Of a stretch of 20,000 nucleotides of DNA, positions 1 to 8,462 are shown in pieces; within the stretch, counting starts at the first letter, position 1; each line of letters starts with the position of its first letter. The stretch comes from Deltaproteobacteria bacterium (GTDB lineage: Bacteria; Myxococcota; JACRCW01). The notes below the pieces were generated by a model. The model was not told the DNA's origin, made no database searches, and saw nothing but the letters and a program-made list of their open reading frames with translations. The stretch is taken from NCBI GenBank assembly GCA_016218805.1, contig JACRCW010000161.1, positions 53,170-73,169 on the forward strand. The letters run 5' to 3'. The position numbers and the translations under genes are program-made.

Positions 1-351
1 GCGGGGTGCCTGTCGGACCAGCGCTGGGAGGGGCGCGCGGACCGCTGTTCGGGTGGCGTGGAGTGGAACCTCATCATGCTGTTGGACTGGCCGGTAGGTC
101 CGGTGGTCACGGGCTGGTGGGGCATTGCACTCAATGGGCGGCAGGACGTGTTTCAGATGGCGCCCATCGAGTCGTCGACCAACATGTTCGGGACGCTGAA
201 GTTTGACTCAGTGTTCCAGAGCGGGAACTCCACCACGCGGTGGAAGGTGGAACTCAAGCACGGTCCCATGGGCGGTGATTACGAAGGCGACGTGGAGATC
301 CTGGGGTCCAGCAGCACCATCCGCTGCGACGCCAAGCTGTCCGCCGAGTAG
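1..351 (+). CDS. Hypothetical protein, probable lipoprotein (5'-truncated by window edge)
   Basis: Frame is open from base 1 (AGCLSDQRWEGRADRCSGGVEWNL...) to TAG at 349-351. The leading AGC resembles the end of a lipobox. GC3-biased codons; ends 6 bp before mutM. Confidence 0.6.
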   Translation, partial: AGCLSDQRWEGRADRCSGGVEWNLIMLLDWPVGPVVTGWWGIALNGRQDVFQMAPIESSTNMFGTLKFDSVFQSGNSTTRWKVELKHGPMGGDYEGDVEILGSSSTIRCDAKLSAE

Positions 352-357
352 CCCGCC

Positions 358-1230
358 GTGCCGGAACTCCCCGAGGTGGAACTGCACCGGCGGCACCTGC
401 GCGGCTGGCTGTGCGGGCGCGTGGTGGTGCGCGCGGTGGTCCGTCCGGCGGGGTTGCTCAAGGGGAGCACGGCCGGCTCCATGACGCGCGCCCTGCGGCG
501 GGTCCGCTTCCTGGAGCCCACGCGCCTGGGCAAGCACCTGCTGCTTCCCACGGACGGAGGCGCGGCGCTGTACGTGCACCTGGGCATGACGGGGCACCTG
601 TCACGCCGGCGCGCCGCGGAGCCCGCGCCGCGGTACGCGGTGATGTCCCTGGAACTGGATGACGGGCACGTGGTGGATCTCACGGACCCGCGGCGGTTCT
701 CCGTGGTGGGGATGTTTGCGGCGGGCTGCCTGCCGCCGCCCATGGCCAAACTGGGGCCGGACCTGCTGGACGCGCCTCCCACGGCGGCGGAGCTGGTACA
801 GATCCTGTCGCGTACGGGTAAGGCGATCAAAGTGGCGCTGATGGAGCAGGAGCGCGTGGCGGGGCTGGGGAACATCCACGCCGCCGAAGCGCTGTGGCGT
901 GCGCGCATCCACCCGGACCTGCCGGCGCGCGCGTTGACCCTGCCGCAGGCGCGCGCGCTGTTGCGCGGCATCCGCGGCACGCTGGACCTGGTGCTGCAGG
1001 ACGACGACGGCGAGGCGGTCTACTACGTGGAGGTGGCCGGGAACCCCAACCCGTTCCGGCTGTATGACCGCGAAGGTGAACCCTGTCCGCGGTGCCGCGG
1101 TCCCATTGCGCGGGACGTGCACGGCGGGCGCAGCACCTACTGGTGCCCGCGCTGCCAGCCGCTCAGTTCTCCTCCACCAGCTCCCCGGTCACGTCGTAGT
1201 CGTGCGCCTGGGTCACGCGCACGCGGATGA
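358..1230 (+). CDS. mutM: Formamidopyrimidine-DNA glycosylase / AP lyase (Fpg/Nei family)
   Basis: N-terminal catalytic PELPEVE, GKHLL, HLGMTG, DPRRF, LGPD, H2TH motif GLGNI..E, C-terminal zinc finger CPRC...GRSTYWCPRCQ. Confidence 0.93.
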   Translation: MPELPEVELHRRHLRGWLCGRVVVRAVVRPAGLLKGSTAGSMTRALRRVRFLEPTRLGKHLLLPTDGGAALYVHLGMTGHLSRRRAAEPAPRYAVMSLELDDGHVVDLTDPRRFSVVGMFAAGCLPPPMAKLGPDLLDAPPTAAELVQILSRTGKAIKVALMEQERVAGLGNIHAAEALWRARIHPDLPARALTLPQARALLRGIRGTLDLVLQDDDGEAVYYVEVAGNPNPFRLYDREGEPCPRCRGPIARDVHGGRSTYWCPRCQPLSSPPPAPRSRRSRAPGSRARG

Positions 1231-2599
1231 GGTCCCCCGGCGTGAGCGGCTGGTCTGACGAGATGTAACAGACCCCGTCCACTTCCGGCGCCTGGCTCCA
1301 CAGCCGGCCCTGCAGCAGCAGCGGGTGCTCCGGGCTGGGGCCCTCCACCAGGCACTCATGTTCCGTGCCCAGCAGCGCCTCCTGCTGCGCGCGCGAAATG
1401 CGGCGCTGCCGGCGCATCAGTTTCTCCCAGCGGGCGCGCTTCACCTTGGCCGGCACGCGGTCCGGGAAGTCGTACGCCGGGGTGTTCTCCTCGTCGGAAT
1501 AGCGGAACGCGCCCAGGCGCTCAAACCGGATTTCCTCGACGAAGTCCAGCAGTTCCTCAAAGTCCCGCTCCGTCTCACCGGGGAAGCCAACGATCACCGT
1601 GCTGCGCAGCACCAGGCGCGGAATGCGGTCACGCAGCCCCAGCAGGATCTTCCGCAGCTTCCCGGTGTCCCGCCCGCGGCGCATCAGCTTGAGCACGCGG
1701 TCACTGCCGTGCTGCACCGGGATGTCCAGGTACGGCAGCACGGCGGGCACGTCGGTGAAGGCGGTGATGACGTGCTCGTTGAAGGTGCGCGGGTAGGCGT
1801 ACATGCAGCGGATCCAGCGGATGCCCTTGACGCCGCCCAGCGCGCGCAGCAGGTGGCCCAGGTTGGGGCGGCCTGGGAGGTCGTGGCCCCACGCCGTGAG
1901 ATCCTCGGCAATGAGCGTGAGTTCCTTGACGCCTGAGGCGGCCAGCTGCTCCGCCTCGCGCACCAGGTCCTCCGCGGTGCGGCTGCGCTGTGTGCCGCGC
2001 AACTTGGGGATGATGCAGAACGCGCAGTCGTTGTCGCAGCCCTCGCTGATCTTCAGGTACGCGGCGGCCTGGTGCAGCGTGTTGACGCGCGGCAGGTCGT
2101 AGCGGGCCAGGAACTCCAGCTCGTGGGTGACCAGGTCTTTCGCCTCGTGGTGCTCCCCGCGGCCGAGGTCATCCTGCAGCACCTCCGCAATGCGCGTGTA
2201 GTCACCGGTCCCCAGGAAGTGATCCACCTCCGGAATCTCCGTGCCCAGGTCCGTGGAATACCGCTGCGCCAGGCACCCGGTGACGACGAGGCTCCTGAGC
2301 GCGCCTTTCTGCCGCAGGTCACAGAACTGCAGGATGGCATCCACGGATTCCTGCTTGGCCTCGCCAATGAACGAGCACGTGTTCACGACGACGGCGTCGG
2401 CGCCCTCGGCCCGCTCCGTGAGATCAAACCCCGCTTCCTGGGCAAGCCCCAGCATGTGCTCCGCGTCCACGCGGTTGCGCGCGCAGCCCAGTGACACAAA
2501 GTGCACGCGGGGCCGGCGGCCGCGGCGGCCCGGTCCCTTCCCAGCGGCGGGACGGGCGGTGGGGGCGTCGGACAGGACGGGGAGCCTCAAGCTGGACAC
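1163..2599 (-). CDS. rimO: Ribosomal protein S12 methylthiotransferase (radical SAM)
   Basis: UPF0004 domain (SLGCARN, VNTCSFI, VTGCLAQRY), radical SAM triad CDNDCAFC, YLDIPVQH, IVGFPGET, C-terminal TRAM domain with APEVDG. Start placed at GTG 2599 behind GAGG. The longer track ORF from 3364 is antisense to the kinase. Confidence 0.93.
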   Translation of the reverse strand: MSSLRLPVLSDAPTARPAAGKGPGRRGRRPRVHFVSLGCARNRVDAEHMLGLAQEAGFDLTERAEGADAVVVNTCSFIGEAKQESVDAILQFCDLRQKGALRSLVVTGCLAQRYSTDLGTEIPEVDHFLGTGDYTRIAEVLQDDLGRGEHHEAKDLVTHELEFLARYDLPRVNTLHQAAAYLKISEGCDNDCAFCIIPKLRGTQRSRTAEDLVREAEQLAASGVKELTLIAEDLTAWGHDLPGRPNLGHLLRALGGVKGIRWIRCMYAYPRTFNEHVITAFTDVPAVLPYLDIPVQHGSDRVLKLMRRGRDTGKLRKILLGLRDRIPRLVLRSTVIVGFPGETERDFEELLDFVEEIRFERLGAFRYSDEENTPAYDFPDRVPAKVKRARWEKLMRRQRRISRAQQEALLGTEHECLVEGPSPEHPLLLQGRLWSQAPEVDGVCYISSDQPLTPGDLIRVRVTQAHDYDVTGELVEEN

Positions 2600-2692
2600 G
2601 GTGGACCTCGGTGTGACGGGACGGGGTCTATGGCGTTCGTGATCATCGCCGTCAAGCGCGGGGGGCCGCGGGCGTGCTAGCCCTTCACCGCC

Positions 2693-3748
2693 ATGGACGA
2701 GGAACAACAGAACGCTGCGTACACCGCAGCGGCGTGGGACCTGGGGGCGCCCCCGAGCGTGGAGCCCATCCCCGGCGGACTCATCAACCGCACCTACCTG
2801 GTGACGGCGGGCCCGCGCCGCGCGGTGCTGCAGCGCGTGAACGCCATCTTCAAGCCCGCCGTGCACCGCGACATTGACGCCATCACCGCGCACCTGGAGG
2901 CGGGCGGGATGCGCACACCGCGGCTGCTGCCCACGCGCGCGGGCGCGCTGTGGCATGAGTCCGCCGACGGCACCGTGTGGCGGATGCTCACCTGGCTGGA
3001 GGGCCGCGTCGTTGACAAGGTGGGTTCGCCCGCGCTGGCCACGGCCGCCGGCGCGCTGGTGGCGCGGTTCCACCGCGTGGTGTCCACCCTGCAGCACGCC
3101 TTCCACTTCAGCCGTCCCGGTGCGCATGACACGCCGGCGCACATGGCGCGGCTGGAGCGTGCGCTGGCGGAGCACACCGGGCATGCGCAGTACGCGCGCG
3201 TGGCCCCGCTGGCCGAAGCAATCCTGGACGAGTGGCGCCACCTGGAGCGCCTCCCCGTCCTGCCCACGCGCATCATCCACGGCGACCTGAAGATCTCCAA
3301 CCTGCTGTTCAACGCCGCGCTCGACGAGGGAATTGCGCTGCTGGACCTGGACACCATGGCGCACGGGGTGATCCCCGTGGAACTGGGGGACGCGTTCCGG
3401 TCATGGTGCAACCCCGCGGGTGAAGACGCGGAAGCGGCGCGCGTGCAGCCGGAGCTGTTTGCCGCGGCGGTGGCGGGCTACGCGCGCGCGGCCCAGGGGT
3501 TGCTCACGCCCGACGAGGCGGCCGGACTGGTGCTGGGTACGCAGACCATTGCGCTGGAGTTGTCCGCGCGCTTCTGCGCGGATGCGCTGCTGGAGACGTA
3601 CTTTGGGTGGAACAGCCGCAAGTACGCCACGCGCAGCGAACACAACCGGGTCCGCGCCACCAGCCAGCTGGCGGTCAGCCGGAGCGCCGGGGCGCAGCGC
3701 GCCGCGCTGGAGTCCGCAACCCGGGTTGCTCTTTCCGCGGTCCGGTGA
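2693..3748 (+). CDS. Aminoglycoside phosphotransferase-family kinase (N-acetylhexosamine 1-kinase-like)
   Basis: GGLINRTYLV N-lobe, LQRVN, Brenner motif HGDLKISN, metal-binding DLDT, ELGDAFRSW. Divergent from rimO. Confidence 0.8.
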   Translation: MDEEQQNAAYTAAAWDLGAPPSVEPIPGGLINRTYLVTAGPRRAVLQRVNAIFKPAVHRDIDAITAHLEAGGMRTPRLLPTRAGALWHESADGTVWRMLTWLEGRVVDKVGSPALATAAGALVARFHRVVSTLQHAFHFSRPGAHDTPAHMARLERALAEHTGHAQYARVAPLAEAILDEWRHLERLPVLPTRIIHGDLKISNLLFNAALDEGIALLDLDTMAHGVIPVELGDAFRSWCNPAGEDAEAARVQPELFAAAVAGYARAAQGLLTPDEAAGLVLGTQTIALELSARFCADALLETYFGWNSRKYATRSEHNRVRATSQLAVSRSAGAQRAALESATRVALSAVR

Positions 3749-3847
3749 CGACGTCACCCCTGCGCTCCTCCGCCACCTGCCGGATGGACGGGTGGACGAT
3801 GCCCAGCGCGCCGCTCCGGGGGTACGACATGTGTGGCGGAGGTGTTT

Positions 3848-5983
3848 ATGCGTCCCACATGGTTCAGTGCGTGGTTGTTGGCGGCGGTGGTGGTTCCCAG
3901 CGCGGCGCGGGCGGCGGTGGGTGACAACACGGTGGGCGTGAACATCCACGTGGGTTACCCGTCATTCATTGCGGCGGCGGCGGACCTGGGCGTGGCGTGG
4001 GTGCGCGTGGATGGGAACTGGGACGCGCTCAACCCGGCCAACGGTTCCTACAACTGGGGCTGGATGGATGAGACGGTGAACCGCGCCCACGCGGCCGGTC
4101 TCAAGGTGTTCATGTCGTTGGGGTATGGGCCCGCGTGGGTGCCGCGGCACGGGGACACCGACGGGCGCGCGGGCAATGACGTGCCGGACAGCAGCGCGGA
4201 GTGGGCGGCGTTTGTGACCGCGGCGGTGCAGCACTACCGGGCGCTGGGCGTGACGCACTTTGGGCTGTGGAATGAGGCCAACCTGGAGAGTTTCTTTGAG
4301 GGCACACCGCAGGAGTACGTGGACCTCATTGCGGTGCCGGGGGCGGCGGCCCTCCGCGCGGCGTGCGCGGACTGCAAGGTGCTGGGCCCGGAGGCCGCCA
4401 ACGTGGGCGAGTGCGACGACTGGCTGGAAGCGGTGCTCACGCGCGCGCCGATCACGACGTGGGACATCATCACCCACCACAGCTACAACGGGTTTGCGGA
4501 CATGGGGACCAACATCTGGGACGGGGACACGTTTATCAACGCGTTGGAGGAGCAGCGGTTCTTCTTCACGCGGCGCTCGCTGCGGCAGATCCTGGACCTG
4601 GCCGGATGGAACGGCGAAGTGTGGATCACGGAGACCGGCTACCGCGCCAACCCGATTGGCGACGCGGGCGAGGAGGGGCGGCAGGCGACGTACGTGCGGC
4701 GCGTGCTGGAGGAGCAGTTGGCGCGGGCCTGGTACACCAACACGTTCTTCTACGAGATTGAGGACTGCGGACCCGCCCAGCCCGCGTGCGACATTGACGG
4801 GTTTGGGCTCATGCACGCGACCTCCAGCGGTGACGAGGGCACCAAGACGTTCCCGGGCGACTACCGGCGCAAGCCCGCGTTCCAGGCCATCAAGGATTTC
4901 ATTGCCGCGCACCCGGCCATCACCGGGCAGACGCCGCCGCCGCAGTGTGGCGACGGCGACGACAACGACGGGGACGGCCGCACCGACGGGGCGGACCGCG
5001 GGTGCTCCGGCGCGCTGGATGACAATGAGGCGGATGACCCGCCGCGCCGCACGCTGTCCGCGTACGTGACGCCGGGGCTCAACGTGGACGGCGAGTTCAC
5101 CGACTGGGGCGCGGAGGGTTGGGTGACGCTGGGGGCGGCGGACTGGCATGGCACGGAGCCGCTGGGCGCGGGGGACCAGGAGGTGCGTGTGGCGGCGCGG
5201 TGGTCCTCCGCAGGGTTGGCGCTGGCGTTGGAGGTCACGGATGACACGCAGGAGAACGGCCACGCGGACGCGGACCTGTGGCAGGGTGACAGCGTGCAGC
5301 TGGCGTTTGACACGGGGCGCAACGGTGGCACGGGATACGACGCCACCGACGACCACGAGATCAATTTCGCGCGGGTGGCGGGGCAGCCGCGCAGCTACCG
5401 CTTCAAGGGCCCGGCGGGCGCCACGTCGGACTGGCAGTTCGCGGTGCAGCGCGCGGGCACCGTCACCCGGTACGAAATACAACTACCGCCGCCCGCCGTG
5501 CCGGGCCTCCCCACCAGCGCGGGGAACGAGACGGGGTTCTCGTTCCTGGTCAATGACGCCGATGGATCGGGGCGCGCGGGCTGGACGGAATGGACGGCGG
5601 GCATTGGTGTGGGGAAGGTGCCGGAGTTGTTCGGGCGCATCCACTACGAGTCGCAGTCCGCCGGCGGCGGCGTCGCCTCGTCCAGCGGACCGGCGCCGCA
5701 GTCGTCGTCCTCGGTGGCGGGCGCGTCCTCGTCCGCGGGCGGTGGCGGGAGCAGCGCGGCGGTGGGCACGTCCTCCACCGCCGGCGGAGGGAGCTCGGGA
5801 ACCGCGCCAGGCTCGTCCGCGGCGGGGGTGAGCGGCGGTGGCGCGGGCAGGGCGTCGTCGGGTGACGCGTCAGATGACGTGCCGCCGGATGCGTGCGCGT
5901 GCAGCGACGTTCCACGCCGCACGCCGCTGGCGGGGCTGGTCCTGCTGGGCGCGCTCGCGACGTTCCGGCGGCGGCGGCACTGA
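3848..5983 (+). CDS. Secreted clan GH-A glycoside hydrolase (GH5/GH39-like) with CBM9-like sugar-binding domain, Ser/Gly linker and MYXO-CTERM-like anchor
   Basis: GGAGGT SD then ATG 3848. Signal peptide ending ARA. WNE acid/base (~4268) and ITETG nucleophile (~4631). CGDGDDNDGDG.DGAD..C Ca-binding-like motif. VDG..DW / WQGDSVQ / YEIQLP / GFSFLVND are CBM9-like. C-terminus CAC + hydrophobic stretch + RRRR. Confidence 0.8.
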   Translation: MRPTWFSAWLLAAVVVPSAARAAVGDNTVGVNIHVGYPSFIAAAADLGVAWVRVDGNWDALNPANGSYNWGWMDETVNRAHAAGLKVFMSLGYGPAWVPRHGDTDGRAGNDVPDSSAEWAAFVTAAVQHYRALGVTHFGLWNEANLESFFEGTPQEYVDLIAVPGAAALRAACADCKVLGPEAANVGECDDWLEAVLTRAPITTWDIITHHSYNGFADMGTNIWDGDTFINALEEQRFFFTRRSLRQILDLAGWNGEVWITETGYRANPIGDAGEEGRQATYVRRVLEEQLARAWYTNTFFYEIEDCGPAQPACDIDGFGLMHATSSGDEGTKTFPGDYRRKPAFQAIKDFIAAHPAITGQTPPPQCGDGDDNDGDGRTDGADRGCSGALDDNEADDPPRRTLSAYVTPGLNVDGEFTDWGAEGWVTLGAADWHGTEPLGAGDQEVRVAARWSSAGLALALEVTDDTQENGHADADLWQGDSVQLAFDTGRNGGTGYDATDDHEINFARVAGQPRSYRFKGPAGATSDWQFAVQRAGTVTRYEIQLPPPAVPGLPTSAGNETGFSFLVNDADGSGRAGWTEWTAGIGVGKVPELFGRIHYESQSAGGGVASSSGPAPQSSSSVAGASSSAGGGGSSAAVGTSSTAGGGSSGTAPGSSAAGVSGGGAGRASSGDASDDVPPDACACSDVPRRTPLAGLVLLGALATFRRRRH

Positions 5984-6016
5984 CTTGTGGGGGATGTCGG
6001 GCGGCGGCTAGCGTCG

Positions 6017-6038
6017 GCCCACCTCAACGGAGGTGGGC
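6017..6038 (+). promoter_or_regulatory. Perfect hairpin occluding the Shine-Dalgarno of the metalloprotease gene
   Basis: GCCCACCTC-AACG-GAGGTGGGC, a 9-bp stem. The SD GGAGG (6029-6033) lies mostly in the 3' arm, and ATG follows at 6039. Confidence 0.55.
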
Positions 6039-7946
6039 ATGAGTCCACGTCGGGTAGCGTTGTTCATCGCGTCGGCATGGCTGAGCGCCTGTCCCCTCCC
6101 CGCCAGCGAATGCGCCGACGGCGGCACCGACTGCGCAGACGGCGGTGCCGCGCACGGGAGCACCGGTGACGTGGGGCAGGCGTGTTCGCCCGGTGGCAGC
6201 GGTTGCACCAACGTCTGCCTGGAGCTGCAGAGCGGCGCGGGGGTGTGCATTGACACGTGTGGTCCGCAGGGCCGCGTGGACTGCCCGTCCGGTTACGTGT
6301 GCAATACGCGCCCGCTGGACAGCGGGGACACCGTGGACATCTGCCTGCCCAATGGCAGCTGCGGCAGCCTCACCTACCAGGGCTATTGTGACGGGGCCAC
6401 GCTGCATTACTGCGGCAATGAGGGCCCGCTCGTCGTGGATTGCGCGCAGGTCACCGGACAGAACGGGCAGGCCATGCAGTGCGCGGTGGTGAACCCGTCC
6501 ATTGGCAGCAACTGCGTGTCCAGCGAGTTCAGCAGCGGCTGTGGTGCGGAGACGGAGAACGGGCGGTGTGACGGCAACGCCGTGGTGTTCTGCCAGTCGC
6601 TGGCCAGCGGCAATGTGGTGCGGCAGGACTGCACCGGCGGGCAGCAGTGCGTGGTGTCCCCGGACGGGCATGCCGGGTGCGTGACGTCGGGTGCCACCGG
6701 CTGCGGGAGCGTCACCTACCAGGGCTACTGCGAAGGCGCGACGCTGGTCTACTGCCTCAACGACAACGTGACCCGCCTGGATTGCACCAACGGCCGGGAG
6801 TGCGCGTTTGTGAGCAATGAGATCGGGTACGACTGCGTGCAGCCCATCACGGCGGGTACGGGGAGCAAGCGCGCGCGGGGGAGTTTCTCGTTTGAGAAGC
6901 GGCCTCTGACGCTCAGCGGGTTGGGCTCGGTCCAGCAGCACCCGGTGCGCCAGGCCATCGTGCGGGTGCTGCGGTCGTCGGACAACCAGATTCTGTCGTC
7001 GGGATACACCGGGACGGATGGCCGGTTTGACCTGCTGTTTGAGGAAACCGGTGAGGTGTACGTGGCGGTGTTTGCCGCGGCGGACAATGACCAGTTTGCC
7101 GTGGCGGTGCGGGATTGCCCGCTGGATGACTGCGGCGGCGCTGGCAACGTGTACGCCATCCGCTCCGCGGGTTTCACGCCGTCCGCGGACACGGACGTGG
7201 GCGGCCTGCTGGTGGGCGAGGCCAACGGGGCGGGCGCCTTCAACGTGTTTGACGTCTTTGTGACGGGGCAGGCGTACGCCACGCAGAACTACGGCCAGCG
7301 GCCCCCGGCGCTGACCGCGCAATGGAGCCGCGGGTCCAACACGCGCTGCAACACGTCCTGTTTCTCCGGCCGCAGCAACACCATCTACGTGCTCTCCACG
7401 TCGGAAGACACGGACGAGTACGACGACCCGGTGCTGCTGCACGAGTTCGGGCACTACATGGAGTCCGCGTTCTCGCATTCGGACAGCCCTGGCGGCGCGC
7501 ATGACGGCAGCCCCACGGACCCGCGCCTGGCGTGGGGCGAGGGCTACGGCACCTGGGTGGGCTGCTCCATTGCGGGTTCACCGCTGTACGTGGACTCGCG
7601 GCCGGGTGGCGCTTCCGTCACCGACGTCAGCGACACGGGAATCCACGCCAGCGGCGGCGGTGGCATGCTGCAGTTGATGAGCGAGTACACCGTCTCCGAG
7701 GCGCTGTGGCACCTGTCCGTCTCCCACAACGGCACGCAGGGCACGGGCACGCAGCCCGTGTTTGACGTCCTGGGCCACTACTTCACCGGCGGGTCGTTCC
7801 AGGACCGCGGCGTGGGCGGGGTGGATTTCGTGGACTTCCTGGACGGCTGGTATTGCCGCGCCCACGGCAATGATGCGTACGTACGCTCCGTCGTCAGCTA
7901 CGTCTCCTTCCCGTACGACTACAACGGCCCCACCTCCTGCCCGTGA
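6039..7946 (+). CDS. Lipoprotein with Cys-rich repeats and C-terminal HExxH zinc metalloprotease domain
   Basis: SD GGAGG; lipobox LSAC; three CGx.TxxGxCxGx..xxC repeats; YTGTDGRF beta-sandwich-like segment; VLLHEFGHY (HEFGH at 7440-7454) with downstream AWGEG as candidate third ligand (gluzincin-like). Confidence 0.78.
   Translation: MSPRRVALFIASAWLSACPLPASECADGGTDCADGGAAHGSTGDVGQACSPGGSGCTNVCLELQSGAGVCIDTCGPQGRVDCPSGYVCNTRPLDSGDTVDICLPNGSCGSLTYQGYCDGATLHYCGNEGPLVVDCAQVTGQNGQAMQCAVVNPSIGSNCVSSEFSSGCGAETENGRCDGNAVVFCQSLASGNVVRQDCTGGQQCVVSPDGHAGCVTSGATGCGSVTYQGYCEGATLVYCLNDNVTRLDCTNGRECAFVSNEIGYDCVQPITAGTGSKRARGSFSFEKRPLTLSGLGSVQQHPVRQAIVRVLRSSDNQILSSGYTGTDGRFDLLFEETGEVYVAVFAAADNDQFAVAVRDCPLDDCGGAGNVYAIRSAGFTPSADTDVGGLLVGEANGAGAFNVFDVFVTGQAYATQNYGQRPPALTAQWSRGSNTRCNTSCFSGRSNTIYVLSTSEDTDEYDDPVLLHEFGHYMESAFSHSDSPGGAHDGSPTDPRLAWGEGYGTWVGCSIAGSPLYVDSRPGGASVTDVSDTGIHASGGGGMLQLMSEYTVSEALWHLSVSHNGTQGTGTQPVFDVLGHYFTGGSFQDRGVGGVDFVDFLDGWYCRAHGNDAYVRSVVSYVSFPYDYNGPTSCP
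6360..6845 (+). repeat. Three tandem ~55-60 aa Cys-rich repeats within the protease gene
   Basis: Units start at 6360 (CGSLTYQGYCDGATLHYC), 6540 (CGAETENGRCDGNAVVFC) and 6702 (CGSVTYQGYCEGATLVYC). Units 1 and 3 share the DNA stretch TCACCTACCAGGGCTA. Confidence 0.85.
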
Positions 7947-8449
7947 GCACACCCACCATGCGCCACCTCACTGCCGCCCTGCTCCTCCCCGCGCTGTTGG
8001 CCTGCTCGTCCGGCAGCAGCAGCACGCGCTCCTCCCCGCCTTCCGCGGTCCAGAACAAGGCGGAGGCGCCCCTGGACCTGGTGTTGTCCACCGCATCCGT
8101 GGGTGACGGTGAAGTGCAGGTCGCCCTGGTCATCCGCGCGCGCGCCGATGTCCCGCGCGCGGTGGCGCGCTTTGTCCCGCCGGAGGGGTGCACGCTCAAG
8201 GACGGCGCGGTGGAGACGGACCTGGGCGCGCTGCACGCCGGTGAGGAACGCACCCTGGTGGCCACGCTGCGGGTCCCGGCCCGCGAGGGGCTGGTGCTGG
8301 CCGCCGGCGTGGATGTGCACCTGGCCACGGGCGTGAAGCTCAACGCATCCCGCACGGCGGCGCTGGGCGCGGCCGCACCCGCCGCACCGGCAGGCAAGGT
8401 CATCCAACTGCCCAACGGCGAATCCGTCCGCATGCAGAACGCGCAATGA
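7943..8449 (+). CDS. Small lipoprotein, predicted beta-sandwich; coupled to the protease gene (alternative start ATG 7958)
   Basis: GTGA overlap with the upstream stop; signal MRHLTAALLLPALLAC (lipobox LLAC); Ser-rich tether; alternating hydrophobic beta pattern. Confidence 0.72.
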   Translation: MSTPTMRHLTAALLLPALLACSSGSSSTRSSPPSAVQNKAEAPLDLVLSTASVGDGEVQVALVIRARADVPRAVARFVPPEGCTLKDGAVETDLGALHAGEERTLVATLRVPAREGLVLAAGVDVHLATGVKLNASRTAALGAAAPAAPAGKVIQLPNGESVRMQNAQ

Positions 8450-8462
8450 CCGCCCGGTCAGT

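Noticed and set aside
2600..2692. Divergent sigma70 promoters for rimO and the kinase
   Set aside because: TTGACG (minus) and TGCTAGCCC (plus) are suggestive, but the partner boxes and spacing are poor.
2600..3364. N-terminal extension of RimO in the ORF track
   Set aside because: Antisense to the kinase gene; RimO homology and an SD begin near 2599.
2693..3748. Aminoglycoside resistance gene
   Set aside because: APH fold only; the motifs fit the sugar-kinase-like branch and there is no mobile context.
3962..7502. Long minus-strand ORFs (506 aa and 492 aa)
   Set aside because: Antisense shadows typical of high-GC coding DNA; no recognisable motifs.
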